Counted from the stretch's first letter, positions 29,592-40,335 are shown. The stretch is DNA of 64,000 nucleotides from Candidatus Zhuqueibacterota bacterium (GCA_016927835.1 JAFGMA010000235.1:20580-84579), one strand, 5' to 3'. Notes: generated by a model not told the origin, from the letters alone. Program-made: numbers and translations.

Positions 29592-30620
29592 ATGCAAAAA
29601 TCGAATTATTCTGTACCCATTTTAGACACCGAAGAGGCACTCATTCGCAAAATGACGACACCTTCCGCCGCGGTCAAGCAGGCAATATCCGAGCTGGCAG
29701 GCGAAATAATGATTCTAGGTGCAGGGGGAAAAATGGGTCCCTCGTTAGCTGAATTGCTGATTAATGCCGACGCCAGGGTGATTGGCGTCGATCTATTTCC
29801 GGATGAACGCGTCGAAAACTATTTGGCGTCAAAAGCTGTACAAACGATCCGAACCGATCTGATGGAAGAAACAGCGCTGAATGAATTGCCCGAAACCGAG
29901 TACATCATCCTGATGGCGGGAACAAAATTCGGTTCGTTCGGCAATGAGCCGTTTACGTGGGCGATAAATGCCATGCTCCCCGGCAGGGTGATGCATCGTT
30001 TTCGAAGTTCAAAGATCATCTATGTATCATCGGGAAATGTCTACAAGTATACGCCTGTTGATTCAGGTGGCGCAACAGAGGAATATCCGGTCGATCCAAT
30101 CGGTGAATATGCCCAATCGCGCCTGGGTGGAGAACGCCTGGTACAATTCTTCTCGGCGCGAAATGGTACGCCGGCGTGCATCGTGCGCCTGTTCTACGCA
30201 TCAGAATTGCGATATGGCATCATTCACGATGTAGCGCAGAAAATTAAATCCGGGCAGCCCATCGATTTGTCGATGGGATATGTCAACCAAATCTGGCAGG
30301 GAGATGCAAATGCGGCTCTCGCCCGGTTATTCCCGCTTTGTGAAAGCCCGGCGAAAACTATCAATTTGACCGGTCTTGAAACGCTATCGGTGCGAGATAT
30401 CGCACTTCGAATCGGCGAAATCATGGGGCGACAACCGACATTCATCGGGGAGGAACAGCCAACTGCATTGCTGGGAAATGCCGGTGAGATGGAACGAATA
30501 TTGGGCGCGCCGCAAATCTCAATCGATGAACTCATCGAATGGGTTACCTGGTGGGTGGAACACGACAAGAGCAGCCTGGGAAAGCCGACTAAATACGAAT
30601 CGCGCACGGGAAAATTTTAG
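29592..30620 (+). CDS. NAD-dependent epimerase/dehydratase family protein
   Basis: GAGGKMG Rossmann motif, AGTKFGS, SSGNVY, GEYAQS; AGGAG RBS before ATG 29592. Confidence 0.85.
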   Translation: MQKSNYSVPILDTEEALIRKMTTPSAAVKQAISELAGEIMILGAGGKMGPSLAELLINADARVIGVDLFPDERVENYLASKAVQTIRTDLMEETALNELPETEYIILMAGTKFGSFGNEPFTWAINAMLPGRVMHRFRSSKIIYVSSGNVYKYTPVDSGGATEEYPVDPIGEYAQSRLGGERLVQFFSARNGTPACIVRLFYASELRYGIIHDVAQKIKSGQPIDLSMGYVNQIWQGDANAALARLFPLCESPAKTINLTGLETLSVRDIALRIGEIMGRQPTFIGEEQPTALLGNAGEMERILGAPQISIDELIEWVTWWVEHDKSSLGKPTKYESRTGKF

Positions 30621-30646
30621 CAAAACCCTTATCGCCGATAATTGAC

Positions 30647-33184
30647 TCAGGTGCGGCTGTCGGGTGAAATGAATTGAAGATCGGGGATGCCGTTGCCTTT
30701 GGCATCGGTGATCCGGAAATAGTAGCCCCAATCGAGCGAGTGGTTACAAACCTTGATCAGAATGGTGTTTATGCCTTTATTCAAGGTTACATTTGCCACA
30801 TTATCATCGAAAATCGCAGAACGGATATCATTATATTTCCACACTTCACGATCGTTCAGCCAAACCTTGATTGCCTCATTGGAACCCAGGCGGAACTGCA
30901 CATCCTTTCTTTCCGGCGAAAAAACCTTGATCACGCCATAGGCAACCGACCAGTTTACATCGTTGTAGATGCTTCTTAAATTGATGAATCCGTCTCGCAT
31001 GCCATCATCTGCATGTTGCCAGGCGAGTTCACGCCCCTCTTCAGCGTAAACCCGATGAATCTTGATCTGTTTCTCCGGCGGATATTTTCGATGGAATCCG
31101 CCTTTATTATCAAACGGTCCGATGAGCATCCAGGTTGATTCTCGAGGTATTCCCACCTGGCTCAATTGCTCATCTGCCTGGACTTGCTTGCCTTCCAGGT
31201 CATATAAATCAGCAATGAACAGGCGGTAAATCATCTCCAACGTTTTGATGTCATTATCCAGCGCAAACGCAAGCAATATGTTATAATTATTCAATGCCTC
31301 ATCTGGTTGATCGTATAAATATTGATGCATCATAAAATAGTAGTACCAAAATCCGCTATAGCTGAAATCATGAATCGTTTTAAAGATTATCATGATTTCG
31401 GATGGCATCACTTCAGTCCACAACTGCTGCATTTTATCCATCTGGTTGATTCGACCATAGAGCAACGATAAGAAGAATTTATACCTTAGTTTAGCGGATG
31501 GATTGACGAACGACGATGCAGCCGTCCGTGACAGAATATCGATTGTTTCCTGGATATTAATTCCGAAGTGAATTGAAATTTGGCACAAGCCTATCAATGC
31601 CGCTTCGTCGGAAATACTGCTGCCCAGCGACGCCTTGATGTGGCTATAATTATCCTCCAATAAAGCACGGGCATTTGTCGAATCATGCTGATTCATATAA
31701 ATTTGATGCATCGACGACAGCACGGCAAAATTCGCCTTGTGGATTTCCAGCGCTTTGGAATAGCTGTCAATCGCCTGCTGGTAATTTCCCAGTCGCCAAT
31801 TCAGCAGCGCCCGCCTTGAATGGGTAATGAATAGATTCAGGCTGACAGGATTGGTTTCGAGGCTGCGCTCGTAAAACGCAAGTGCTTTTTTATAATCGCC
31901 CTTATCACAATAAATCTGTGCAAGATGATGCCATGAAGCGGTGAATTTATCATTGGTTTCCAGTGCCTGCTCAAAGCAATCCTCCGCATTATCATAATCT
32001 CCCATGAATAAATAAATTTCGCCGAGGCTGTCATATGGATTCGGTTCATCTGGTGCAAGTTTCTGATATCGTTTTAAAATATCAATCGCAGCGCTAAAGT
32101 TGCCTTCTCTGGCATGGCAATAGCCGATTTGATTGAGCGCAATTTTAAAATTGGGATCGATTTCGAGCACCCGGTTATAATATGCGATAGCTTTGTCAAG
32201 CTGGTGAAAAGTGAAATACAGGTTAGCGATACTCAAATTGGCTTCGCGGTCATCAGGATAGCGCTGAACACGCTGCTGATTAATCTCGAGCAGCGATGTG
32301 ACGTCGGCAGCCACACGTGCACCCAAAATATTAATTTGATAGAGCTCACCCTCGGTGGCATTTTTTTTAAGACGCTGCAATTTTTCGAATACCGGACCTG
32401 CATCGACATAGTCTCCCTGGTTGAGATATCCGGCACACAGTTGAATATGGGCGGCAACAAAATTGGAATCGAGTTCGACTGCTTTTTCAAAATTGTCAAT
32501 CGCTTCTGATAGCAATAGTTTATTATGCAATTCGATTCCATTGGTATAATAACGCCAGGCTTCGATAGAGTTGGTCGACAATTCAGCGATTCCTTTTTCC
32601 GGCTCCGCCTTTTCCAGCGTCAATTGCAGATCGTTTTTGATTTGTTGGGTAAGCCGGTCCACCATGCTGAATAATTTTTCCAGTCCGGGTCCGCCAACAC
32701 TCTCTTCCCTGAGAATCAGTCCTTCTTCCGCCTCGTGCAAGCGGACATTGATTCTCAGCGAGTCACCGCTTTTGGTAATACTGCCGGTCAATACGGCTTC
32801 GACATTGGCTTCTCTTGCGACGATGGCAGCCAGTTCGACGTCAATTGCCCCGGATTTTGGCAAGCTGTCCAGGCGCTGCAAAATTTCGAACAAGCGATCG
32901 GTGCTTATCACCGACAGGGAACGCGATTGCGAAAGGGCGCGGATGAACATTTCAGCCAGACCTTTTTGCAGCCATTGCAGATCGCTGTCCCCGGTCAAAT
33001 TTTGGAAAAACATAACGGCGATAGCCCGGCGTTCGGTGGGTTCAAGATGAATCGTGGTTGCAAGCTGCTGCGTTGTGCCTGAACCGGCGCGCTCCTCTGC
33101 AAGCCTGATCTTGCGTCTTTCGCCCTCATTTCCGCATCCGATGAGGTATACCAAAAATATCAAAACAACGATTCGAATTTTCAT
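30647..33184 (-). CDS. Lipoprotein: TolB-N/FlgO-like domain + TPR array + C-terminal beta-sandwich (PA14-like) domain
   Basis: Lipobox LIGC; AIAVMFFQNLTGDSDLQWLQKGLAEM; TPRs; C-terminal WMLIGPFDN...GSNEAIKVWLN...LNKGINTILIKV. ATG overlaps the upstream TGA (ATGA). Confidence 0.78.
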   Translation of the reverse strand: MKIRIVVLIFLVYLIGCGNEGERRKIRLAEERAGSGTTQQLATTIHLEPTERRAIAVMFFQNLTGDSDLQWLQKGLAEMFIRALSQSRSLSVISTDRLFEILQRLDSLPKSGAIDVELAAIVAREANVEAVLTGSITKSGDSLRINVRLHEAEEGLILREESVGGPGLEKLFSMVDRLTQQIKNDLQLTLEKAEPEKGIAELSTNSIEAWRYYTNGIELHNKLLLSEAIDNFEKAVELDSNFVAAHIQLCAGYLNQGDYVDAGPVFEKLQRLKKNATEGELYQINILGARVAADVTSLLEINQQRVQRYPDDREANLSIANLYFTFHQLDKAIAYYNRVLEIDPNFKIALNQIGYCHAREGNFSAAIDILKRYQKLAPDEPNPYDSLGEIYLFMGDYDNAEDCFEQALETNDKFTASWHHLAQIYCDKGDYKKALAFYERSLETNPVSLNLFITHSRRALLNWRLGNYQQAIDSYSKALEIHKANFAVLSSMHQIYMNQHDSTNARALLEDNYSHIKASLGSSISDEAALIGLCQISIHFGINIQETIDILSRTAASSFVNPSAKLRYKFFLSLLYGRINQMDKMQQLWTEVMPSEIMIIFKTIHDFSYSGFWYYYFMMHQYLYDQPDEALNNYNILLAFALDNDIKTLEMIYRLFIADLYDLEGKQVQADEQLSQVGIPRESTWMLIGPFDNKGGFHRKYPPEKQIKIHRVYAEEGRELAWQHADDGMRDGFINLRSIYNDVNWSVAYGVIKVFSPERKDVQFRLGSNEAIKVWLNDREVWKYNDIRSAIFDDNVANVTLNKGINTILIKVCNHSLDWGYYFRITDAKGNGIPDLQFISPDSRT

Positions 33185-35253
33185 GATGCGTCCTCCCAAT
33201 CTGCCAAACGAGCTTTGGCTTGTACAAGTTCAGGTACATCCGGGTCAGCTTCCTGCCAGATCGTCAAACAGCGGCGCAGCTTCTTTCGGGCATCATCTCT
33301 TTCGCCATTGGCTTCATGCGCCAGCGCCAGGTAATAATAGCACAAGGCGTCGTTGGGCTGATTCGCCAGATACTTGTTGAAGGATTCAATCGCCTGCATC
33401 GGTTGACGATTATCCAGATATGCCCGCCCGAGATCGTAATAAATTGATGTTGCTTCTATATTATCCGCCAGAATTTTTCGGTATATATTTATTGCTTCTT
33501 TATAATTGCCTTTTGCTGCGGCGAGTTTACCCATCAATCTCGAATGAATATTGCGCATCCTTTCAAATTTTGTGTTCTCGATGAATCGATCAACCGCGCG
33601 GGCGGCAGCTTCGGCACTATCAATTTCACCAAGCTTAAGAAAGCCGTTGCAAAGCGTATTATGCGCTGTGATGCTCTGCTCATTCAACGACACTGCTCTC
33701 CGGGCAAACGCAATTGTTGAATCGAATTGTCCCTTGCGAAAATAGACGTTTGCGATCAGCACAAGGTAGGTAGCTCTTTCTGAGTCATCTTTTGGGAACG
33801 CCAATGCCCTTCTGATATTTCGAAGCGCGCTAGAAAATTTTCCCTGCGAAATATCGATTTGAGCCAATCCGGCAAAAACTTCCGCCTTCAATTCTTCATT
33901 CGGCAGCAAAGTCAATGCTGAGCGGTATCGCTCCCGTCCTCGTTCATACTCGCCCACCGTGGAATACGTGTGCGCCAGGTTCAGTATCGAATAATAAAAA
34001 TCAGGTTTGATCGAAAGCGCCTGCTGATAATAAGATATGGCACGTTCAAATGAACCCAGCGTTTCATACATCTCACCCAGATTGTGATAGGGGGTCGCAT
34101 CTTCCGGTTTTAATTGAACGTGTTTTTCCAACCACTTGATTGCACTTTCATAATCGCCTTTTTCTCTCGCCAGCACACTCGCCAGCATGTATGCCGGCGC
34201 ATAGTCCGGATCCAGCTTCAATGTGAAGTCGAGATAATGATCCGCCGATTTGGTTTGCTTTTGGTAGTAATAGAACGCTGCAAGCTGGTAATTCAGTTCC
34301 TTATCATCCGGGTAGAGCTGAACCAGCTTCTTCAAATAATCGAACGCTTTTTCATGCTCATTATTGAACGCGGCATATACCCAATCGATCTTCAGCTTCT
34401 CTTTTGGCGAAACGTGCTCAGCGTATTCCACCGCATTTAACAGAGATCGGTTGCTTTCCCCGATTTGACCCAAATATTTATAAGCGATGCTTGCCCAGAA
34501 ATGCGCCATTGCAAAGGTTGAATCATAGCCGATCGCCTGATTCATTTTTTGGATCGCATCCGGGATGTATGCTTTATATGCCAGGTGAACGCCTTCGGTA
34601 TAGCATTTATAGGCTTGAAGCGATTTGGTAGAAATTTGCGCAATATCGAAATCCGGCTCATTCATTTCCTCGAAGGATAGTTTCAAACCGGTTTTGACTC
34701 TGAGCGTCAGGGCATCGACCATGCTGAAAACATGCTCCAATCCCTCGCCTTCGATGTTTTCTTCCTTTAGCAGCATCCCGGAATTGCAATCGTAAAGCTG
34801 CACATTGATCGACAGCATATTCTGAACGAGGTAAAAACTTCCGTATATCACCGCCTCGGCATGCGCAAACTGCCCGATTTGGGAAATAGTCCGGTCATCA
34901 AGTTCACCATGGGGATCTATTTCGAGACTTTTGAAAATATCGAGAATTCGCTGCAGGGTGATAACATTCAGAATCCTCGATTGAGAAAGGTCTCGGATCA
35001 GCATATCGGCAATGCCCCTGGAAAGCCACTCCAGATTTTCCCTCCCGCTTTGATTTCTGAAAGTAAGCACCGCAATACTTCGTCTGATCCCGGCATTCAA
35101 TTTCAAAAAAGTTGTGTCTTTAGCGCCCGGATGCAGACCGGTGTCAGATTTATCGATAGCCAGCCGGATCTTCCGCTTATGATTTCCCGATTGCTGACAA
35201 TTTAGAAAAACCAGCAGGATTGAAAGATAAACGAAGATGAACTTGAGTTTCAT
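33181..35253 (-). CDS. Lipoprotein: TolB-N/FlgO-like domain + TPR array (paralog of the downstream gene)
   Basis: Signal ending FLNC; SIAVLTFRNQSGRENLEWLSRGIADML; STKSLQAYKCYTEG; many TPRs; ends WQEADPD. Start refined to MKLKF. Confidence 0.78.
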   Translation of the reverse strand: MKLKFIFVYLSILLVFLNCQQSGNHKRKIRLAIDKSDTGLHPGAKDTTFLKLNAGIRRSIAVLTFRNQSGRENLEWLSRGIADMLIRDLSQSRILNVITLQRILDIFKSLEIDPHGELDDRTISQIGQFAHAEAVIYGSFYLVQNMLSINVQLYDCNSGMLLKEENIEGEGLEHVFSMVDALTLRVKTGLKLSFEEMNEPDFDIAQISTKSLQAYKCYTEGVHLAYKAYIPDAIQKMNQAIGYDSTFAMAHFWASIAYKYLGQIGESNRSLLNAVEYAEHVSPKEKLKIDWVYAAFNNEHEKAFDYLKKLVQLYPDDKELNYQLAAFYYYQKQTKSADHYLDFTLKLDPDYAPAYMLASVLAREKGDYESAIKWLEKHVQLKPEDATPYHNLGEMYETLGSFERAISYYQQALSIKPDFYYSILNLAHTYSTVGEYERGRERYRSALTLLPNEELKAEVFAGLAQIDISQGKFSSALRNIRRALAFPKDDSERATYLVLIANVYFRKGQFDSTIAFARRAVSLNEQSITAHNTLCNGFLKLGEIDSAEAAARAVDRFIENTKFERMRNIHSRLMGKLAAAKGNYKEAINIYRKILADNIEATSIYYDLGRAYLDNRQPMQAIESFNKYLANQPNDALCYYYLALAHEANGERDDARKKLRRCLTIWQEADPDVPELVQAKARLADWEDAS

Positions 35254-35360
35254 CGGCTTTGCTCCAATATTTTCGACCCTGACTTCCTGAAAAGAAAATG
35301 CAGTATTTTCCAAAATTGAACAATAGCAACCGAGCTAATCATTCAATTCAGATTTCGGGA

Positions 35361-37331
35361 TCAGCCAGCAATCACCGTAACCATCGTCATGTCATCGTGT
35401 TGGGGCGCGTCCTGCACAAAGCTGTTAACCGCTTGAATTGTGGCTTCACGTACCTGGTTTGCGGTGCGAAAGCCACTCTTCCTGATGGTTTCCAACAATC
35501 TTTGTTCACCAAATTCCTCTTTCCGAATATTCATCGCTTCGGAGACGCCATCGGTATAAAACAGGAATGCATCGCCGGATTCGTAGGTTACCTGTTGCTC
35601 GGAGATATTTTCATCGAACAAATCGGATGGCGCCAATCCCAGGCTGATTCCCGGGGGCTCCAGGCAATCGATTTTCGAATCATTAGCGCGGCGCAGAATC
35701 AATGAATTGTGACCGGCACGCGCAAATTTCAGAATCCTCTTTCGGGTATCGAACACAGCATAAATCATCGTTATAAAAATTTTCCGATCCATTTTTCCGT
35801 AGAGCCGCTTATTCAATTCGCACAGGAGGTTTTTCGGCGAAGAAAATACCGCAGTACTCGAAAGCATCATGCCCTTCACAACCGCCATATAAAAGGCAGC
35901 GGATGCGCCCTTTCCCGTCACGTCAGCGATGGCGATTCCCACCGAACGATCGTTCAATCGGAAAAAATCGTAATAATCGCCACCGATTTCAGTTGCCGGA
36001 ATACAGATTCCATCGATATCCAGTTCCGTATTTTCCGGAGTCGCCTGCGGCAGCAACCCTATTTGTATCATACGTGCAATTTCCAGTTCACGTTTCAAAC
36101 GTTCTTGCTCCGTCAACTCCTGGTATAAAAACGCATTTTGTATCGCAAACGCGCTTTGCCCGATCAGCGTGCTCAGGAATGCCTTTTCACCATCAGAATA
36201 GACATTGGTGGCTTCGAGCAGCAGAATGCCGATCAGTTGGTTTTTGGCAGTTATCGGGGCAACGAATGATAATTTGCCGATTGCACAGCACCGATTCAGT
36301 TGCGCAACAAGTTCGAATCGTTCAGGGATAGTACCTGTTTCTTGAGGTGCGCCCTTATCCAGAAAATAGGCGTCAAGTTCTTCATTAATATCGAGGGTGA
36401 TGTCTTTTCCGGCAACCCGCGGATACGATGCATTCAGGTGGTAGCGGGTCAGCGAATCCCTATCCTTCAAAAATAGCGCACCCTGTTTTGCATCCAATGC
36501 GATTACGATGCGCTCTACGATTAGGGATGTCAATTTTTCCAATTCAACTGCAAATCCGAGTTCCCGGCTGAAGCGTTCGATTTGCCCCTTTTCCAGCAAT
36601 CCTTTGGTCATAAAATTGAACGTATTCGCCATTTCACCTATTTCATCGCTTGAGCGGATCGACAGCTTCTGCCGCAAATCGCCTTTGGAAATGTTGAACA
36701 TCGCCGCGGTCAGCTTACCGAGTGGTGTCACAATCCTTTTGCTCATGTAATACGAAACCACTATCGCCAGCAAGATAAACACCAGCGCCAGCTCCAAATT
36801 TCGCGTGAGATTTTCCCGCAATTCATCATTCAATTCAACCAGGGAAAAGCCAACTTTCACCGTTCCCAGGTTCTGATCTCCGATAATGATATTCACGGCT
36901 TTCGATTCCAGATCCCGTTGGCTTTCTTCCGCAAGCTGACGCTGATCCAACAGCCTGACAATCTTTGCCTGCTCTGTACGATCCAGCCGGTGATAATCGC
37001 TCACATCTATCCATTCCAGGTTCAGGGCATAAGATTTCAACTCACTCATCTCATTGAAAATCGCGATGTAAACAATATCGGGATTGAGCGTAATCTGATT
37101 ATCGATGTAGGTTTGATAAACATCCCAGTCCTCGGTTTCCACCGAACGAATGGTGGCAATATTATTCGCCAATCGCTCCATGCGCAATTTTACCTGTTCC
37201 AATCGCAGATTCCGCTCCCTGATTGTGAAGATATAGGTCACGGTTGTCATCATGATCACAACCAAAAGGATGAATAAAAACGCGATTTTGAACTTCAGGC
37301 TAATTTTTAGCTTCTTCATTGGCAAATTCAT
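35361..37331 (-). CDS. Membrane sensor phosphatase: TM-periplasmic-TM-HAMP-GAF-SpoIIE/PP2C (RsbU-like)
   Basis: HAMP SSDEIGEMANTFNFM; GAF end AFAIQNAFLY; IGGDYYD, ADVTGKG, YTDGVSEA, HDDMT. Confidence 0.9.
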   Translation of the reverse strand: MNLPMKKLKISLKFKIAFLFILLVVIMMTTVTYIFTIRERNLRLEQVKLRMERLANNIATIRSVETEDWDVYQTYIDNQITLNPDIVYIAIFNEMSELKSYALNLEWIDVSDYHRLDRTEQAKIVRLLDQRQLAEESQRDLESKAVNIIIGDQNLGTVKVGFSLVELNDELRENLTRNLELALVFILLAIVVSYYMSKRIVTPLGKLTAAMFNISKGDLRQKLSIRSSDEIGEMANTFNFMTKGLLEKGQIERFSRELGFAVELEKLTSLIVERIVIALDAKQGALFLKDRDSLTRYHLNASYPRVAGKDITLDINEELDAYFLDKGAPQETGTIPERFELVAQLNRCCAIGKLSFVAPITAKNQLIGILLLEATNVYSDGEKAFLSTLIGQSAFAIQNAFLYQELTEQERLKRELEIARMIQIGLLPQATPENTELDIDGICIPATEIGGDYYDFFRLNDRSVGIAIADVTGKGASAAFYMAVVKGMMLSSTAVFSSPKNLLCELNKRLYGKMDRKIFITMIYAVFDTRKRILKFARAGHNSLILRRANDSKIDCLEPPGISLGLAPSDLFDENISEQQVTYESGDAFLFYTDGVSEAMNIRKEEFGEQRLLETIRKSGFRTANQVREATIQAVNSFVQDAPQHDDMTMVTVIAG

Positions 37332-37535
37332 CAGATACCCATTTTCAATCGATTTCGGTACAAACGACCGGCTGCTCTTACCTCCGAGAGCATTTCATAC
37401 GGAACCAGGTACGCCGTGGTTTCATGAATCGGATGGTGCGATAATTTTGGGGAATGCAGCCGCCATTAATTTTTGCTTTGTAGCGTATTGTTAATATAAA
37501 CAGTTTACTGAAAATTGCAAGCAAATTGTTGGAAT

Positions 37536-37700
37536 GAAGGGTAATGCCGCAGTTATTGGTTCATTTCATGGTTTACTATGCCTCTGGCGTTCCCGAACAG
37601 TAGTTTGGGAACCAGAGACTGAGGGCAATGCCACAATTGTTGGTTCTTTGAATGGTTTGCAATACCTCATGGATTCGAAAACAAGAATTTTGGAACCAGC
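37536..37700 (+). repeat. Two tandem copies (84-nt period) of a dispersed ~80-bp repeat
   Basis: ggtaatgccgcagttattggttcatttcatggtttactatgcctc...gtttgggaaccag and ggcaatgccacaattgttggttctttgaatggtttgcaatacctc...ttttggaaccag. Confidence 0.8.
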
Positions 37701-37733
37701 AACTGCAGGATCATGATTATTCAATGAATTCAC

Positions 37734-37762
37734 TTGACTTGATTTCAATAAATTAATATATT
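37734..37762 (+). promoter_or_regulatory. Sigma70-type promoter TTGACT-17-TATATT for the GWxTD gene
   Basis: TTGACT at 37734-39 and TATATT at 37757-62. Confidence 0.6.
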
Positions 37763-37898
37763 GAATCAAAATGACACATCGATATGAATCGCGATGTACG
37801 CTCATGCAATAAAAATCACCGGCATGCGAATCGAAGGCAAGCGCAAGCAGTACGCTTCCGGCTCGTTCAGAGCGCATGCCTGAAGCAAGGAGCGATTT

Positions 37899-40223
37899 AT
37901 GCGTCAATTGAAAATCAGCCTTTGGTTGATATATATTTTTGCGGGATTGCTTTACAGCGTTAAGCCTGTTTGTTTGCATGCCGCTGAGGACCGCTACCGT
38001 AATCTGCTTGCAGAGGGCTCTCTCTACATCAAGCAGCGCGATTTCAAGCAGGCGGAACATGTTCTGAAAATGGCGATTGAATTGGCGCCGGAAAAAAGCG
38101 CGGCGCACCTGGTGTTGGGCTATGTCAAAATGCTCGAAAACCAATGGGGTGATGCAAAGCGCCAATTCGATACGGTACTCGAAACCGACCCGGATCAGAT
38201 TCTGGCGCATTATCAACTCGGAATCTGCGATCGGGAAGATGGAATCGCCAGGGATCCGGTGACGCGTAAAATCTTATGGCGGAACGCGCGTAAGCATTTT
38301 CGGAAGGTAATCCAGCAGGATTCATCTTTCATGGAAGTTTTCAATGAATATGCGCATCTGGAGCGTTATGATAGCAATTACGAGAAAGCGATTGAGTTAT
38401 GTCTGATTCAAATCAGGCTGCGCCCCCATCTGACCCGACCACTCATTGACATTCATGAATTTTATGATTATTTCCTGGCGCATGGCGGCGAAAGCATTTT
38501 GAATCCATTTAAAAACATCGATCAATATCAAATAGAGTGGCTGCAGAAGCGTTCCGCAAAATACGATATCTACTACCTCGGGGATAAATACAGGCAGATG
38601 GAACGTTTCGATGCTGCCGATTCCATTTTCCGGGAACTACTCGCTCGGGATTTGCCATTCACTCGAATCCCGCTGATGCTATCCCGTACCCGGCTGCTTT
38701 ATCAGAAAAATCAGCCCCAAGAGGCTGAGAACCTGTATTGGCAAACGATTGAATCGATCACCGCGTTGTATGAAATCGAATTCGTTTTCAATGATGCCAA
38801 ATTTATCATGTCGAATGACGACCTGAAGGTTTACTTCAGAAATATTCTGCAAATGCAGCAGTTTTATGAGCGCTTCTGGAATGCGAAAAATCCGCTAGCC
38901 GGATCGGGGAACAATCCTCGCCTCGAAGAGCATTACCGACGCCTGGTTTATGCAGAGAAACACTATCGCTACGACGGATTCCGGCTTTTCGCCAATGACC
39001 CTGACTTTCAGGGTGTTTTGACGTTTCCGGCGATCTTTTATGAGAATACAAAATTCAACGACAAGGGGCTGGTTTATATCCGGTACGGGAAACCCAATGA
39101 AATGGCTGTGCAACCGGGCGAATTTCTCGCCAATAACGAATCGTGGCTCTATAACCAAACACCGCATAATCCCAAGATGATCTTTCATTTTGAAGTTCAT
39201 AAAGAAGGCGGGGCGCCGGGTAACTGGCGTCTGGTTTCAATTCCCAGCGATCCACGTATGATCGAATCCCGACTGGGCTGGGACAGTAAACTCGACCGCT
39301 ATTACCTGGCTCGAAGCGCATTGGAACGCTTGAATGCGATTTCCGAAGTCCAGCAGACATCCAGGGATATCGTGCACGTCGCCATGAATAAAGAGCGGCA
39401 CACCTGGCCCGGTGAAACAACCATGATCCCGTTTCATATCAGCACTGCCCATTTTTTGGATGAGGATCAGCAAGATCGTATCGAATTTTACATTGGCGTA
39501 TCGCGATCCGAATTGTTCAAACGCGACGTCGCCCGAGACACGTGTCATCTGGAAACCGGACTTGCGCTGCACGATACGCTGTGGAATCGCCTGTTTAAGC
39601 AAACCAGAGAGCGGCAACTTGAATCGAATGACACCCGGTTGCTTGCGCACGACCTTTTTATCGAGAATTTTAAACCGGATGTTTTCAAATCGAAGTCAAT
39701 GGTTGCCATTCACATCAAAGATTTGAATGCACCAAGAATCGGGGGTTATAAATTTACACTTTCAGCCGCGCCTTTTCCGCGTTCGGGATTGGTGGTGAGC
39801 GATTTGGTTCTCTCATACAAGATCGAGCCCTGGGCAACGCAAGACGAATTTTCCCGGCGAGGTTTCAGGATTGTGCCGAATCCGATGCAAGCCTTCTCAA
39901 AAAACGAATTGGTCCACTTATATTATGAAATATATCGCCTGAACCTTAAAAATGGGCGAACACGGTATAAAATTAATCAAACAGCAACGCTCATTCAACC
40001 CAAATGGCGCATATTTGGAAAGTTTATCAATCTTTTTCGCGGTAAAAAACGGCAGACTCTTTCAATCGAATCTGAGCGGGAAGGGCAGGCATCCTTTTCG
40101 AATGAATATACTGCCTTCGATTTTAGTGAATTCAACTCGGGTAAAATCAAATTAACCATTAAAATAACCGATTTAAATTCGGGTCAAGCGACCGAATCGA
40201 GCACACAATTCGAGCTAGATTAG
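37899..40223 (+). CDS. Secreted TPR + GWxTD domain-containing protein
   Basis: FW..KNP...NNPRLEEHYRRLVYA...DKGLVYIRYGKP...ESWLY; N-terminal TPRs; signal peptide. Confidence 0.75.
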   Translation: MRQLKISLWLIYIFAGLLYSVKPVCLHAAEDRYRNLLAEGSLYIKQRDFKQAEHVLKMAIELAPEKSAAHLVLGYVKMLENQWGDAKRQFDTVLETDPDQILAHYQLGICDREDGIARDPVTRKILWRNARKHFRKVIQQDSSFMEVFNEYAHLERYDSNYEKAIELCLIQIRLRPHLTRPLIDIHEFYDYFLAHGGESILNPFKNIDQYQIEWLQKRSAKYDIYYLGDKYRQMERFDAADSIFRELLARDLPFTRIPLMLSRTRLLYQKNQPQEAENLYWQTIESITALYEIEFVFNDAKFIMSNDDLKVYFRNILQMQQFYERFWNAKNPLAGSGNNPRLEEHYRRLVYAEKHYRYDGFRLFANDPDFQGVLTFPAIFYENTKFNDKGLVYIRYGKPNEMAVQPGEFLANNESWLYNQTPHNPKMIFHFEVHKEGGAPGNWRLVSIPSDPRMIESRLGWDSKLDRYYLARSALERLNAISEVQQTSRDIVHVAMNKERHTWPGETTMIPFHISTAHFLDEDQQDRIEFYIGVSRSELFKRDVARDTCHLETGLALHDTLWNRLFKQTRERQLESNDTRLLAHDLFIENFKPDVFKSKSMVAIHIKDLNAPRIGGYKFTLSAAPFPRSGLVVSDLVLSYKIEPWATQDEFSRRGFRIVPNPMQAFSKNELVHLYYEIYRLNLKNGRTRYKINQTATLIQPKWRIFGKFINLFRGKKRQTLSIESEREGQASFSNEYTAFDFSEFNSGKIKLTIKITDLNSGQATESSTQFELD

Positions 40224-40335
40224 TGCGAACCAGAGGGCTGAAAAGCGAAGGGCGTCCGGGAATACCGTTGCTATCGCTGTGACAGGCGAATGGATTTGTT
40301 ATCTATTGAATGAAAATCAATCCGGAGATATTGCG

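Noticed and set aside
37536-37700. Possible mini CRISPR array
   Set aside because: Two long degenerate units with no unique spacers, and no cas genes; it belongs to the dispersed repeat family.
37534-37716. 60-aa ORF with an internal GNA..(I/V)GS..GL peptide repeat
   Set aside because: A by-product of the 84-nt DNA duplication; substitutions among the four copies are spread over all codon positions.
37566-38216. 216-aa minus-strand ORF
   Set aside because: Overlaps the GWxTD gene, its promoter and the repeat antisense; not protein-like.
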